A stretch of 64,000 nt of DNA from Novakomyces olei (GCA_016906335.1 JADEYG010000001.1:558001-622000); one strand, 5' to 3'. Positions 12,455 to 26,071 are shown, counted from the stretch's first letter. The notes: generated by a model not told the origin, from the sequence alone. Made by a program: numbers and translations.

Positions 12455-13901
12455 CTACCGTCCAAGCGACTCGCGGTGCCGAATAATCCATGGATGACTC
12501 ATTACTTGGTCTAATGGAAGCCGTTTCTCGGGACTGTGTTGAAGCAGGCGCTGAATAAGATCACGAGCATCAGAACTTACAAAATCCGGAACGTGTAAAT
12601 CGACTCGCGCAATTTTTTTATAAGTAGCAGCGTGTCCACTCAAGTCCTCAAAAGGAGGACTGCCGACAAGGAATTCATAGCACAATACTCCAAGCGACCA
12701 TAAGTCTACTTTTTCATTATGGTCTTTATTTTCGACCATTTCAGGAGGCAAATAGTCCAGAGTTCCACAAAGTGTAGTGCGTCGAGTTGATGGTGCATGA
12801 ACGCTCCATCCGAAATCTGAGAGTTTTATTTCGTCATCCAAGCCGAGCAAGATGTTCTCTGGTTTAATGTCTCGATGTATAACATGCTTTTTGTGAAGGT
12901 ATAGAAGAGCAGACGCCATTTGACGTATGTACTGTTTGATTAGATAATGTGATATACGAATTTGTAGCGAGTGAAGGCAAGTTTGAAATCAGAAACCAAA
13001 ACAAAACAAAAAAGCGGAAGCGAAAAAAGAAAAGAATAAATATACAAGGGCAGCACGGGCGCATTAGATATAGCAGACAAATAAGACAGTAGATACAAAG
13101 CTCTGAAAATGCCATACAGACTATTGACAAAAAATGAAAAAATAATATGGTTTGTCGTTTATTCATTCCTTCCCTTTCAATCTGAATAACGGAACCTACC
13201 TTAGCAGCACGAGGCTCTGAAAAACGTCCGGCACGTCGCAGATGACGGTACAATTCGCCCTGGCCAGCGAATTCGAGTATGAGAAAAACCCGTGAATCAT
13301 CGTGAAAATGGCCAAAAAGACGAAGAATATTAGGATGTCGTAAATTCGATTGGATTTCTATTTCTCTTCGTAATTGTTTTTCCACTCTGGATTTCACCAA
13401 ATCTGCCTTTTGCTGCACTTTGAGTGCCACAACAAACCCCGATTGCCTTACTCGCGCCAAGTAAACAGAGCCAAATTTTCCTTTACCAAGTCCACGGCCA
13501 ATTTCAAAATCGCTGTAGCTCCATGATCGATACTCTGATTTTCTGGAGCCAGGCGCGTTTACGATTTCGCCAGGTTCAGCCTCAACTTCTTGCTGTTGTT
13601 GCGGCTGCTGTTGCTGGCGCGAACTGCTCAAAGTACGCGTGACTGCTGTCGGTTTCCGAGGCGACAATTGAGCTTTACGCGTCGGTCTGGCTGTTGTAGA
13701 AGAGGAGGTTGAGCCAGTACTTGGCTGTTGCTGTTTCCTCTCTTGATGATTACGTTCCTGCTGCTGATTGTGAATGGCCAATTTAAGCAGCGGCCGACGC
13801 GAGGTGTTATTTCCAGCCGGCTTTTTCGCCGTGGGTTTGCCGCTATCAGCGTTCTCGTTCACGGAAAGCCTGGAAAGACGAGACTCCAGCTGCGAGGCCA
13901 T
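12455..13901 (-). CDS. IPL1: Aurora kinase (Ipl1/Ark1)
   Basis: [39 protein letters not shown] and [27 protein letters not shown]. Intron 12932-13199. Confidence 0.96.
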
Positions 13902-14595
13902 TGCTGCTTGGTGGTTTTGTTTACGGGTAAATATTCGTTGCTACGTAGTAGTTGTGTTGTCACTACAGTGTTGTACTTGAATTATATTCAAGTATAATCA
14001 AGTCGCTTGCTTGTGCGCCGAGTGCATAATATTACTTGAATTGTTTGGTGATCTTACTTGACACTCATTTAAAGTAGTATAACTGTCATTTTGTCTGTGT
14101 TCATTTCATTCGAGTACACTTTGACGGGCGTGCAAGGTTTTGCACGTATATTAATTATCCTCTCCACTTATTCTTTTGTTCTTTTTCCATATATTCACAA
14201 TTAGAAGAGTACTGCCTTCTGTTGCCATCGTTATTTGTCCTTTTTAATATACAAACGTTGACATTGTTCAGCAGTCGCTGCCATAAAAACGGTAGGCAAG
14301 CATTAGTTTCAAAGGTTTAGATTGTCGAATTATGAGCGCAGAATGCATGGATTTGAAAGAGACAGCGCTGTTGTCTCTGTCTAGAATGCTCAAGCCTATT
14401 GTAATGTCAAGTCTTTAAATGCCCTTTTCTGTACGAATTAGTATACACCACTTTAACTAGATTCAGCCGTTATCGTGGCTGTATTTGGCGGCATGATGCA
14501 AAGGCATCCACAATTCTAAGCTACATTTCCATGTAATAGTGAAACTATCATCATTTAAACTACAATGTAATATATGCGATACAAAATGCCCCTAG

Positions 14596-15718
14596 TCACT
14601 TCCACTGATGCTGATTCTCGTCCGGCCCCACGACCTTGAAGGGTATTACCCGGCCCATTATCCCACCTACCTGCTGCATTGCATTGTTGGGCCGAATTAA
14701 AGCTCCGGCAAGCATTTCTCGGATACGGAAAAAGCTGTGCTTCCGTCGGACAGGGACCATACTTCGCCGTTCTAACGGCCTTGCTGCTGTGCGTCCGACC
14801 GCATCCATAACAAGAGAGACTTCTTCGTCCGAGTCTACTGGCCCTGCTGCCATTGGTTCTTCCATCTCTGATAAGGCAACCGCCTTGAGCGCTTGTTCTG
14901 TGTACGTATAAGTAATGGGAATTGCCAGCATTTAATGCACGAAGGGCACGCTTACTCTGCAATCTTGCTTGATTTTTCCGTTGGTAAGACGCTAGCAAAA
15001 CGTCAAACGGTTGGCTCCGATTAGGCACTGCCCTTTTTGCACCCATTGCATGCGTCTTGCATGTAAGGCTGCGTGCACACTGTTGGCCATTCGGCAATTG
15101 CACTCCGCACTGTTTATCCAAATCAATGGGGCCTGCTCAGGTCAGATAAATGCGTAGAATAATCATCCCAAATTTACCCTTTGTCTTTACCGGAGGAGTG
15201 CGCTTTTTAGCGCTCGAAGGCGTATTACTGGGACCAGAAGTACTGGGACCAGAAGTATTGCTGAGACCACTGTTGCCCGAGACTGGAGTCGCGTGGTTTG
15301 CTGCTTTACGCGTCAGACTGTTCGACTCGGCTTTCCGCTTTCTCGGGTTCGGGCCCGGAGAAGAAGCTGCCGTAGTAGGCGCAATAGGAGTGGCAGCACG
15401 AGAAACTGTCTCCGAGTCGCTATTGACACTACTGCCCCGCACCTTTGTGCGCTTCCTTCGCGCTTTATCTTCAAGCTCACGCGCACAGACAGCCTCGTGA
15501 TCTGCCATAAACTGTTCCATTATAGGCCGCTCACAGTGTGAGCAATGGCTCACACTGTACACGGCGTCCAGGGGTCGTGACGTAAATAGCCTTCGCTCCG
15601 AGTCTGTATTTAACACTGTACCCTGCGCAGTCGGTTCATTTTCTACCGCTTTTGCTTCCGAATAAGACGGACTCGCCAGCTGAACCGGTTCGCTCTGCTC
15701 TCGAGACGAAAAGAGCAT
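14596..15718 (-). CDS. SGF73: SAGA deubiquitinase module subunit Sgf73 / ataxin-7
   Basis: N-terminal CxxC..HxxxC zinc finger and SCA7 domain ([33 protein letters not shown]). Introns about 15134-15178 and 14898-14955. Start codon uncertain. Confidence 0.9.
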
Positions 15719-15914
15719 TATCCACGATTCGGTCTCGTGATGATGCTTCGAAAAATGTATGCAATTAAGATCTGTTGCATATGCTGGCGTTTTGCACGTA
15801 ATTAATTTGTTAGGATTTTGGTATATATCATGATAATATAGCTGCGCTAGTATAAGTATTGTTTTATTATTTTAATTCATTTTGTTTAATTTGTATATAT
15901 ATGTTTCTATGTCT

Positions 15915-15948
<34 letters not shown>
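15915..15948. repeat. (AT)n microsatellite
   Basis: Dinucleotide run visible directly. Confidence 0.9.
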
Positions 15949-15954
<6 letters not shown>

Positions 15955-16539
15955 TTTTTTAATTTTTTTCTTTTTAAAATTATTTTCGTAATTTTATCTC
16001 TAGTTTACGACTGTATATCTCGTTTCTTAAATTAGACAGAGCGAGCATCTTGATTGCTCAGCCCTTCAACTTTTTCGACTTTAAACATATTATTAGCAGT
16101 TGATCAGGCGGTGGATTGAAAATATTTGATATAAAGCACGTAGCCAATGAGACAAAAACCGGATCTGAAACGAAGCGGAGTAAGCTTGGGTGCAGTAGAC
16201 ACAAGCAATGTACAGTCAACAGCAAATTTGTATTGCGATATATATACATCCACGGACGAGATAATACGTTACTGCCCCCATAGTTGTACTGGAAATTGTT
16301 ACTAAACACTTTTGATTTGATTGCTGAATTGACTGAATGTCAAATGGTCATTATGTACAAGCGCTCACTATATACCAAGCTGCCTTAGCCAGCGACGTTC
16401 ATCTGAAATAACATGTAAATTTAAAGCCAAAATTAAAGATAAATAGCAGCCTGCGGAGCCTTCATACGCCCAAAATATCACTGTAACAAACCAAAAATTC
16501 CTCTCCCTAATCCGTTTCGCAAAACCAAACTCAAGAGCA

Positions 16540-17668
16540 CTAGATACCACTAGCGGCCCTCTTCAATGTATCGAGCACTGCTGCAGCCAAATTTCCAGCA
16601 AACTGTGTGACACGTACGCGCAGTCCATGCCTACGGCGTCGCACGTACGCTAAAAGCACAGCCGCCAGTACTGTCAAAAACTGAAGTAAACGCGATTTAA
16701 CCATTGAACCCGATCTCGAGCTTAAAACAGTCTTGATTGAAGACAGGGCATTTCGTGAGGGCGGCCCTTCTAATCGCTTTCCAGCCGGAATTTTGTCAAC
16801 ATTACGTTCTGCTGCTCTCGCAACTTCCTGGCCGGTAGGAGGCTTTTCATTCCGTTTCTCCTTTATTGATACCCGGGCCCTTTTCTGCTGTAACTGCTCC
16901 CTCTGCTCCCGCTCCTTTTTCTGCTTTTTCTGTTCCTGTAAGCGCAAAGCCAATGACGCCTTTTCTTCGTCGCTCAATAAAACAGAAAGCTCAATAAAAC
17001 TGTGAGCATCGTCCCATTTGTCTAGGCAGGGAAGGTAAGCAGTAAGGTACATTTCCAGCAAGCGCTTCTGTTGCACCAGGGTCGAGTGTGCCGGCGGCGT
17101 GACCAATCGTGTTTCTATTTCCTCACGAAGCGACTCGACTTGGGGCAGTCTTCGAATGTGCAAGAGCATTCTGCCCGGTTAGCATGCTTTCCAAAGCAAA
17201 GGCACTTACAGGGCGATAAACACGTCTGTATCCAAATCGCCAGCAAAAGCACGAGCAGCCTCTTGCCAGACACCCGTGGAAGAATTTCGAATAACTATAC
17301 GCGGCCGGCGTCCGTAGACTGATCCGTCGAAGCGGAAGATAGAGTCCCGAGCAGAGTCGATCGGCTCAGTGCCAAGCAAAGCGAAATCTAGTATCACGAT
17401 ATAGAGCACCCAGACTGCGGCCCGCCAGGATCGCGGTACAACTGCCTCGTCTTGGATATCTAAATAAGGTTCAATCAGGACCAGTGCTTCTTTGATCCGG
17501 CGATGGAGGAAAAGCCGCGTTGCTTCCTCATAGTCTGAAGCGATGTTGTGCTTTGGAGCTGGAAACCGTGCCACCCACGATAAATTGCTGTGGCCTGAAT
17601 ACTGGAGCGGACTGGCATTGCTGCGTGAAGAATCGCTCACCATTGCGGGCGGTGCTATAAACATATCA
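16540..17668 (-). CDS. Probable peroxin Pex26/Pex15-like tail-anchored protein
   Basis: YEEATRLFLHRRIKEAL..IEP and VWVLYIVIL resemble fungal Pex26. C-terminal transmembrane segment followed by a basic RRRRH run. 39-nt intron 17171-17209. Start codon uncertain. Confidence 0.6.
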
Positions 17669-18187
17669 TGACGCGTATCCAAAGTTCTACTTGCTCCGTA
17701 CCGACATTTGATCCAGACGTGTGATGCAGGGTACGGCAAAACGGTCTAGTTTATTTATATAAAAGTGCCTTTACAAAAGTGTATTTATTAAAGGGTTTTT
17801 ATAAAAGCGATTTTTATAATAGAATCTGATTTGATTTTTCTATTTATTGTGCTTGTGCAACACGAATAGACTTTATTTGAACTGCCTTTTTATTTTGCTT
17901 TGCTTTTTGCCAGTAGGCGCTGAAAAAGCTCGTATTATTGTAATTACGCTCTAGCGCTATTTTCTTGTCTTGTTGATAAAGTTTATATGGCTCGCGCGCG
18001 CCATTAGTGTATACATTCTAGTGTGTGAATTGTTTTCTAATAATAAAAAAGTCGCCCGTACAAAAAAGTACGCAGCCACAGAAAAATAAGCAAATACGTG
18101 CGCTCGACCAGACAAGCCGGTAAAAGAATAATGCGACTATGACTGGTATATTTTTCTTATAATTAATTACTCTAATAACCATTGCAA

Positions 18188-18235
18188 TGGCTCTATTAAT
18201 GGCTCTTATAATGGCTCTTATAATTGCTCTTATAA
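18188..18235. repeat. 12-nt tandem repeat (ATGGCTCTTATA) x4, imperfect
   Basis: Visible directly in the PEX26/DRS2 divergent intergenic region. Confidence 0.85.
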
Positions 18236-18648
18236 ATTTCACTGCTAGGGTTTGCCCCGCAGAGGTGTTTGCAATATATAGTATTCGTCCATAGTATAGG
18301 CTATTATTATACCTATTATTTTTAATCTCTACATGAGAAGTATAATATATTTGTGAAATACCAGTATTGAAAGTATAAGCAAGGCAGAATCCACGGCACC
18401 TCGAGACCTCCTCAACGTACGGCGGCCCACTGCCGCGTGTTAAATACTTATGCGTGCGTTTAATGCAAATTTTAGATCTGTGTTGCGAGGAAGCTTTTCG
18501 TCGTGAAAAGCTGTTTGCTCTGTACATTGATTCGTGGCGCAAAGGAACAGTCAAACGGAGAAACGGCAGGGAAAGAGAGTGGATCTATTTCCATTGGACT
18601 GCAGCCAGAGCCTGAAACGTGTCGATAAACGCGTAAATTAACGTGTCA

Positions 18649-21600
18649 ATGGCGTCTGACCGTGAAGGCAGTTCGCGTAATCCTTTCGAGTCGGTACTCG
18701 ATCACGAAGATGCCAACAGTCTGGTTTCCTTTGGGACTGCTTCTCGTACAACTAGCCATACAGGCCTTGGGCGTATAGAAAGCGAAGGCAGTACTGTTCC
18801 ACGAGGCTCAACCAGCCACGCACCTTGGTCGCAGCTGGATGATGCCTTTGATGACGGAGAAAACGCTTCTTTTCTTTTCGAGCACGAAGATCCTGATCTC
18901 CAAAGCGTATATTCCAACGAGACTCCCATTGTAAATCAGGATACGCAGTCTGGAAGCAACCGATGGTCAAAGCAGTCCTCGTTTACGGGCAAGCACTCTT
19001 CGTTAAACGACTTTTATAACAAAATGAAACACAAATCTGGAGGAAATATATCGGAAGAAGAGGGCGATGGTATGGAAATACCCTTACGTACACTGGACAC
19101 TTCGCAATTGAATGGCAACAATGCCGAGGGCGACGACGAGGATTCTTCACAGTGGGACCAAAGGCGGCATAGACGGCGGCGGCGGAATAAAGGTAGCGAT
19201 AAGAATGGGCCTGGAAAGGGGTCTAATAGTACCTTTGACGATGACGACGACGACAATACTGGTGAAACCAATTTTAGAAAACGGAATTCTTTTAAATCGT
19301 TGCTGGAGGCAGCTGTGAGACTAGTGCGGAAACCCGAAATTGATCCTGCTCTGCTGGGACCGCGGATTGTCCTCCTGAACGATGCTGCCGCCAATGCTGC
19401 CAGTGGGTTCTATGACAATAGTGTATCTACAGCAAAGTACAACGTCTTCACCTTCTTCCCCAAGTTTTTGTATGAGCAGTTTTCAAAGTACTCAAACTTG
19501 TTCTTCCTGTTCACGTCCTGCCTGCAACAGATCCCCAATGTTTCGCCCACTAATCGCTACACTACTATTGGCCCTTTGGTGGTAGTCTTACTGGTTTCTG
19601 CTTTTAAAGAGCTGGCTGAAGACTTTAAGCGTCACCAGTCGGACAAGGAGCTGAACAGATCTAAAACGCAGGTGCTGGAGGGCGGCGTATTTGTGGAAAA
19701 GAAGTGGATTGACGTCCATGTGGGCGATATAGTACGGGTGCAAAGCGAGCAGGCTCTACCTGCTGATTTAGTGCTTATAACTAGCTCCGAACCAGAGGGT
19801 CTTTGCTACATTGAAACGTCCAATTTGGACGGTGAAACTAACCTCAAGATCAAACAGGCTCTGCCAGAGACTGTACACTTTGTGAACCCGAGTGCTTTAG
19901 CCGCTTTGAAGGGCCGTTTGTTGAGTGAGCAGCCTAACAATAATCTATACAACTACGATGCCTCTCTAGAATTGGAGACTACTGATCAAAATGTCGCTCA
20001 GCAATCCTCATTGCAGACACTGGCACTGACTCCCGATCAGCTGCTTTTACGAGGCGCTCAGCTGAGAAACACCCCGTGGATCTATGGCATTGCTGTTTTC
20101 ACTGGCCATGAAACAAAATTAATGCGTAACGCTACAGCTGCCCCGATTAAGCGTACAGCGGTTGAGCGCATGGTCAATTTACAGATTATTTTCCTTTTTT
20201 CTCTGCTCATTACGCTCGCTATTTTGTCGTCAGTGGGCTCTATCGTTACGAATCGTACAAAGCACCGAATCTTGCGCTTACTGCTTATAAACTCCCACAC
20301 TGGTGGAGTGGGCACTTTTTTCCTCGATATTCTAACCTTCTGGGTGCTCTACTCCAACCTGGTGCCCATCTCCCTGTTTGTTACGATTGAACTCGTAAAG
20401 TTTGCTCAAGCGCAGCTGATCAGCAACGATTTGGATATGTACTACGCTACCTCTGATGCTCCAGCGGTTTGCAGGACTTCTAGTCTCGTTGAAGAATTGG
20501 GCCAGATTGAGATTATTTTTTCCGACAAGACGGGTACACTTACATGCAATCAGATGGAGTTCAAGCAGTGCTCGATTGCCGGTGTTGGTTACATTGAAAA
20601 TGTTCCGGATGACAGAAGACCAGGGCCGAATGATACCCAGGGCGACAGCAGTGATGGCCTCTATGACTTTAAGCAACTACAAGCCAATCTGGCCTCACAT
20701 TCAGCGTCTTCGGAAATGATCCACGAGTTCCTGACTCTGCTGGCCACCTGCCACACCGTTATCCCCGAGAAGAGTGGAGACGACGAAGGCATAAAGTACC
20801 AGGCAGCTTCTCCCGACGAAGGAGCACTCGTTGAAGGAGCTGCCCGGCTCGGGTACAAGTTCACTACTCGCCGACCAAAGTCTGTAACTTTTCAAGTAGC
20901 CGGCGAGTCCTTTGAGTATGAGCTGCTGAACATTTGCGAGTTTAATTCCACACGCAAACGCATGTCGACGGTGCTCAGATGCCCGGATGGAAAAGTACGG
21001 CTTTATTGCAAGGGAGCAGATACTGTAATCCTTGAAAGACTGGCCAAGAGCGATGCACGCAATGCCCATGTCTCCCAAACTCTGCATCATTTAGAGGACT
21101 ATGCAACTGAAGGCCTAAGAACACTCTGCCTTGCGATGAGGGTAGTGGACGAGCACGAGTACCGGCAGTGGGCAAGCATCTACCACGCGGCCTCTACGAC
21201 TTTGACAAACAGGGCAGAAGAGCTGGACAAGGCAGCAGAGATTATTGAGCGTGATCTGATACTGCTGGGGGCAACTGCAATAGAGGACAGGCTGCAAGAC
21301 GGGGTCCCTGATACTATTCATACGCTGCAAAGCGCCGGTATCAAAGTATGGGTGCTTACTGGCGACCGTCAGGAGACGGCGATCAATATAGGGATGAGCT
21401 GCAAGCTCATCTCTGAGGACATGAGCCTTATTATTGTTAATGAGGAGACAGCAGAGGCGGCAGGTGCGTACATTGCCCGTAAACTGGAAGCGGTAAAGAC
21501 ACAGTTGGGTGTGGGCGTGGAAGTAGAGCTTCTTGCACTCGTTATCGACGGACGATCGTTAGAGTTTGCCTTACAGAGAGAGCACTCGCGTGCTTTTCTG

Positions 21601-23017
21601 GAGCTGGCGCTCATGTGCCGAGCAGTGATTTGCTGTCGAGTCTCTCCTTTGCAGAAGGCTCTTGTAGTCAAACTAGTCAAAAAGAACACCAAGTCCCTTT
21701 TGCTAGCTATCGGAGACGGTGCCAATGATGTAGGAATGATACAGGCTGCTCATGTTGGTGTCGGCATTAATGGGATGGAAGGTGTTCAAGCAGCCAGAAG
21801 TGCCGATGTGGCAATTGCACAGTTTAGATTTCTCAGAAAGTTGTTGCTTGTTCATGGAGCCTGGAGCTATCAGCGATTGAGTAAACTGATCTTGTACTCT
21901 TTTTACAAGAACGTTGCTCTGTACATGACGCAGTTTTGGTACGCTTTTTCCAACACATTTTCGGGCGAAGTTATCTTCGAATCATGGACCATTTCGTTTT
22001 ATAATGTTCTTTTCACTGTAATGCCGCCATTTGTCATTGGCGTTTTCGACCAGTTTATCAGTGCACGACTACTCGACCGGTACCCGCAGTTGTACATGTT
22101 GGGACAGCGAGGGACTTTTGTAAGAAACAGACTAAGAATAAGAAAATCAAAAGAACTGAATTCAATTGAGAAGAATAGGAGATGCAAACAAAAACCTATT
22201 ATTCTCTTTTTGTAATTATGAACTTGTTGTCATAATTATCACAATGATCAATACTAATATTAGTTTAACGTGAAAAGCTTTTGGGCTTGGGTTATCAATG
22301 GATTCTATCATTCCCTACTGCTTTATATCTGCTGTAGCGCTGCTCATCGGATCAGTGGAGTTGATGGTAGTGGGAAGGTCGCGGGCCACTGGGTGTGGGG
22401 CACGACTTTGTACACTTCGGTTTTGGCGACAGTACTCGGCAAAGCAGCCCTCGTGACAAAGTATGCTATTATAATTTATTCATTTATTTGTTTGTTTATT
22501 TATTTGTTTGTTTGTTTATATTATTATTTATACTAATTGCAGTGTATGGACAAAGTATACGTATATTGCAATTCCTGGATCATTTGCGTTTTGGCTCATA
22601 TTCCTGCCAATTTATGCTACAGCTGCGCCAGCTATAGGCTTTTCCACAGAGTACCGCGGAACTCTACCCTTTCTATATGGCACCCTGCGCTTTTGGGCAA
22701 TTGTACTAGTTTTACCGGTGCTCTGTCTGCTTCGAGATTTGGCGTGGAAGTATACTCGGCGCATGTACTACCCTGCATCCTACCACCATGTTCAAGAGAT
22801 ACAAAAGTTTAATGTAGCCGATTACCGGCCACGTATGGAACAGTTTCAAAAAGCAATTCGTAAAGTACGGCAGGTGCAGAGGATGCGTAAACAGCGTGGC
22901 TTCGCTTTCTCACAAGCTGATGAAGGTCAAGCAAGGATGGTCCGAGCGTATGATACAACACAGAGGCGTGGAAAGTTTGGAGAGCTAAATGCGGGCACAG
23001 ATGGACTCGTGTCTTGA
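18649..23017 (+). CDS. DRS2: P4-ATPase aminophospholipid flippase Drs2
   Basis: DGETNLK, PISLFVTIE, SDKTGTLT, GDGANDV and the C-terminal RKQRGFAFSQ motif. Introns about 22120-22263 and 22461-22542. Confidence 0.96.
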
Positions 23018-23348
23018 TGACTGACTTTGCAAGGGACAAAGTGGAAAAAAAAACGGAAAAAAAGAAAGAAAGCTGCAAGACAGGCATACGTATGACTTGA
23101 TTTATCTGTTCCTTTTAATAGAACATGCTTCCTGTTCGCTACGTTATAATTGCAGGCATGCTAGTATGATATTGATTAGATAGCGTTTCACAATATCAGC
23201 AGTAAGCTAAACTTGAGTGCGCCTAATGCGACTACGTTGGACTCCAGATCAATACTCGAGCCTTGAAATAGATCAGTATCCGCATAAACCCTGTCTACAC
23301 ATTAAAGCGGGCGCAGCATCATGGTCTGCGACTAGTCCCTAACTAACC

Positions 23349-23693
23349 CTAACCACGATCTTCTGCCGTCTTTAGCTGAAGTCCGTGCATGTTCCGAATT
23401 TCATCTTTAAGAGCATCGTTAACGAGCCGATGCTGAGCGATTAACGGTTTGCCGTTAAACGCACTCGACGCAATATCGATAGCAAACATTGACCCACACC
23501 CACCCGAAACGTCTCGCACGTGAAGCCGAGCCGGTGTGAATCGAGTCTGTAGTTTTTGGAACAGCTCTCGTTCTCCGTCCGTATTGAATTCTTGTTGCAG
23601 AGAAGAAACAAAACGAGACTGTCCAAATTTTAAAATGCGCGGAAATACGCGAGGTCGTAACTGCGCCCGCGGCAAAAGCCTTGTTGAGATCAT
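23349..23693 (-). CDS. AIM1: Mitochondrial BolA family protein (Bol3/Aim1)
   Basis: Presequence plus DVSGGCGSMF..QHRLVN..LK.EI..MHGLQL. Confidence 0.88.
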   Translation of the reverse strand: MISTRLLPRAQLRPRVFPRILKFGQSRFVSSLQQEFNTDGERELFQKLQTRFTPARLHVRDVSGGCGSMFAIDIASSAFNGKPLIAQHRLVNDALKDEIRNMHGLQLKTAEDRG

Positions 23694-24039
23694 TTTGACG
23701 CGAATGACGACGAATCAGGTCGACGTTGATTCATATATATTACGAGCAACTATATCAGCATATTAATAATACATATGTATAATAATAGAAATAATAGAAA
23801 TATAGAAATATAGAAATAACAGAAGCATTTTTCAATTATGTTCTATATATTATTTTGGAATATACGTAATAAAAGATTAGAGCCATACACATTATTATAT
23901 CATGGATTTGATAAAAAATAAATTTATTGCAAACTAAATTGACAAAAAATCGGTAAACCGAGCATCAGTCCGGTTTCACGCTTGAGCAATGGTACTAAAG
24001 TTCCGCTATTTTAAAGCACTTGATTTGTTCTGACTTTAA

Positions 24040-25233
24040 ATGCAGCCACGACGGAAACGGTTTGATAAGCACAATGCGCAAACATTTAACCTAGTCCATC
24101 GTTCCCAGCGGGATCCGTTGTACCATGACGCTGAAGCTGGAGAAAGAGTTCTTGTAGCAAAGAACGAGAGGTCAAACGATGGCGCAGAAGGGGGCCAATT
24201 AGAGCGTGAATATATGGACAGCGATAATTATGAAAATGAAGGTGAAGACAAGGCCCTGGAGGCCAGCAATTATGGGCTCTTTTTCAGCGATGATTACGAT
24301 TATATGCAGCATTTGCGTAAAGTCGGAAACGAAAATGCTGTAATGTTAGAGGCAGCTAAACCCAAAAGCAAAGAGCCCTCGTTTGCCTTGCGCGAGGACG
24401 AAAAATCAGGATTACATGAAAAAGCAGGAATACCTGCTGAAGCGTTTGCCAGTGATCAGCTGCGGGCTTACGACTACCAGAGCCAGCAAGCTGTTCCCGA
24501 TGCGATTGCCCGGTTTCAGCCTGATATGGATCCGCGATTGAGAGAAGTCTTGGAGGCTTTAGAGCGGGACGATGAAGAAGAGGAAGAAGCTGGTGGAACA
24601 GAAGACGAGTTTGGTGATCTCTTACGCAGCGGAGAGTTGGATGACGGTGTGGATTTTGGTGATGACGGTTCAAGTAACGATTTGAGCGATGATAGTGAAG
24701 AGCAAGAAGCGGGTGCCATTTCGGGTGCTAAATTAATGCGGGAATTAAATCAAGATCATGTCAATGACGTAGATTCAGAGGCGAGCGACGATACTGTCCA
24801 AGACCAGGGCTGGGAAAAGGAGTTTGCAAAGTTTAAAAAGGCACAAAAGTCACAGAAAGCATCCGAAATAGGTGAGGAGGATGATGATCTGGCGTCACTT
24901 GATTCTCGAGTCTATGGAACTGCCAAGACTGGAGCAAGTATGTCGAGCTCTGCTTTATTTCGCAACGAGCATCTTACCCAACTGGACGCCCGTTTTGACC
25001 GGATTGAAAGGCAGTATATGCCAGAGTATGAGGGCGATCATGATGAGGAAAATACAGAGTTTATTGGGCGAAGCGATCTGGATGGGATAATGGATGATTT
25101 TTTGCAGAATTATACGATCAAGGGGCGGCGGTCTGTAAAGATGGCGAATGGACGTACGGGGAAAGGTGCAATGGGACTCGCACAGTTGGAGGAGTTATCG
25201 GCCGAGCTGCGACAGGCTCGGCTCGGCAAATAG
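24040..25233 (+). CDS. LTV1: 40S biogenesis factor Ltv1
   Basis: FDKHNAQTFNLVHRSQRDP, DDYDYMQHLR, FQPDMDPRLREVLEAL and SMSSSALFRNE. Confidence 0.95.
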   Translation: MQPRRKRFDKHNAQTFNLVHRSQRDPLYHDAEAGERVLVAKNERSNDGAEGGQLEREYMDSDNYENEGEDKALEASNYGLFFSDDYDYMQHLRKVGNENAVMLEAAKPKSKEPSFALREDEKSGLHEKAGIPAEAFASDQLRAYDYQSQQAVPDAIARFQPDMDPRLREVLEALERDDEEEEEAGGTEDEFGDLLRSGELDDGVDFGDDGSSNDLSDDSEEQEAGAISGAKLMRELNQDHVNDVDSEASDDTVQDQGWEKEFAKFKKAQKSQKASEIGEEDDDLASLDSRVYGTAKTGASMSSSALFRNEHLTQLDARFDRIERQYMPEYEGDHDEENTEFIGRSDLDGIMDDFLQNYTIKGRRSVKMANGRTGKGAMGLAQLEELSAELRQARLGK

Positions 25234-25954
25234 GTTTTAGGAACTGCAGCCATAATTATAGCCATCATTTGTCTATGAACTATAGTCAACCCTTTCTCTA
25301 TTGAATGTAGTTTATCTCTGTAGCTTTTTATTGTACTAGTCCAAGTTTTGTTTAGTTTGCTGGTTCATTCGTCTTTCCCTTAAAACGTTATTTTTGGAAA
25401 TTAAAATGTATTATGTGAGTCTATATGATTACAATATGCAACATATTTGTTTTGGAACAAGACCCTTTGACAGGTAGTACAGCAACCCGCAAAAAATGAG
25501 CACTATCCCTATTCGCGATTCAAGTAAAAATATTAAAATAAATAAAGTACACAAAATCAAGAGGCAAGTGAACGAGACAGCTCCTTGTACTCGATATATA
25601 CAAAGTGTGAGATATTACTACTATAAAATCAATTACAATATCAATCTACCGCAACGGTCTAAGCTTTCAATGCAAGTCAAGTTCAAGAGCAATTCATTAA
25701 TAATGCTTGGTAGGAGGTTGAATGATGACCGGACAAATACTTTGTGCACTTGACTGCTTTCGTCTTTAGCAGACTCGTTGGTGCGTAACAGTAAGGTTAA
25801 TAAATTTGATCGTTTGTTCGGCCACGCAATAAAATCGTGTGCCAACTTTGCATTTCAAGAGTGAGCCATGCACGCATTCACGCGATGGTACCTTTATGAT
25901 GCAGCGTATCTTTAGGGAATGGCACTGTCATTCATTGCAGGTTTGTTTGCTCAT

Positions 25955-26071
25955 TTACTTGCTGTTGTGGTTAGACAAGCATAGTGCAAAAGTAACTTAC
26001 GATCTGGCTCTGACCTTTCTGCGCTTTCTCTTAAGGCGTCGCACGCGCTTCTTCCTCCACTTGGCTCGCAT
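25955..26071 (-). CDS. RPL41: Ribosomal protein eL41 (25 aa)
   Basis: Not in the ORF track. Exon 26071-26001 (MRAKWRKKRVRRLKRKRRKVRARS), 39-nt intron 25962-26000 (GTAAGT..CTAAC..CAG), exon 25961-25955 completing S-K-stop. Confidence 0.97.

Noticed and set aside
14555-15121. Apparent frameshift between overlapping SGF73 ORFs
   Set aside because: A 58-nt GTAAGC..CAG intron (14898-14955) joins the frames; no programmed frameshift is needed.
16350-16547. Possible extra last exon of the PEX26-like gene (GTATCT..GCTAAG GCAG, giving ..AASAWYIVSACT)
   Set aside because: Donor and branch site are both weak and the unspliced end is already plausible; it cannot be supported without cDNA.
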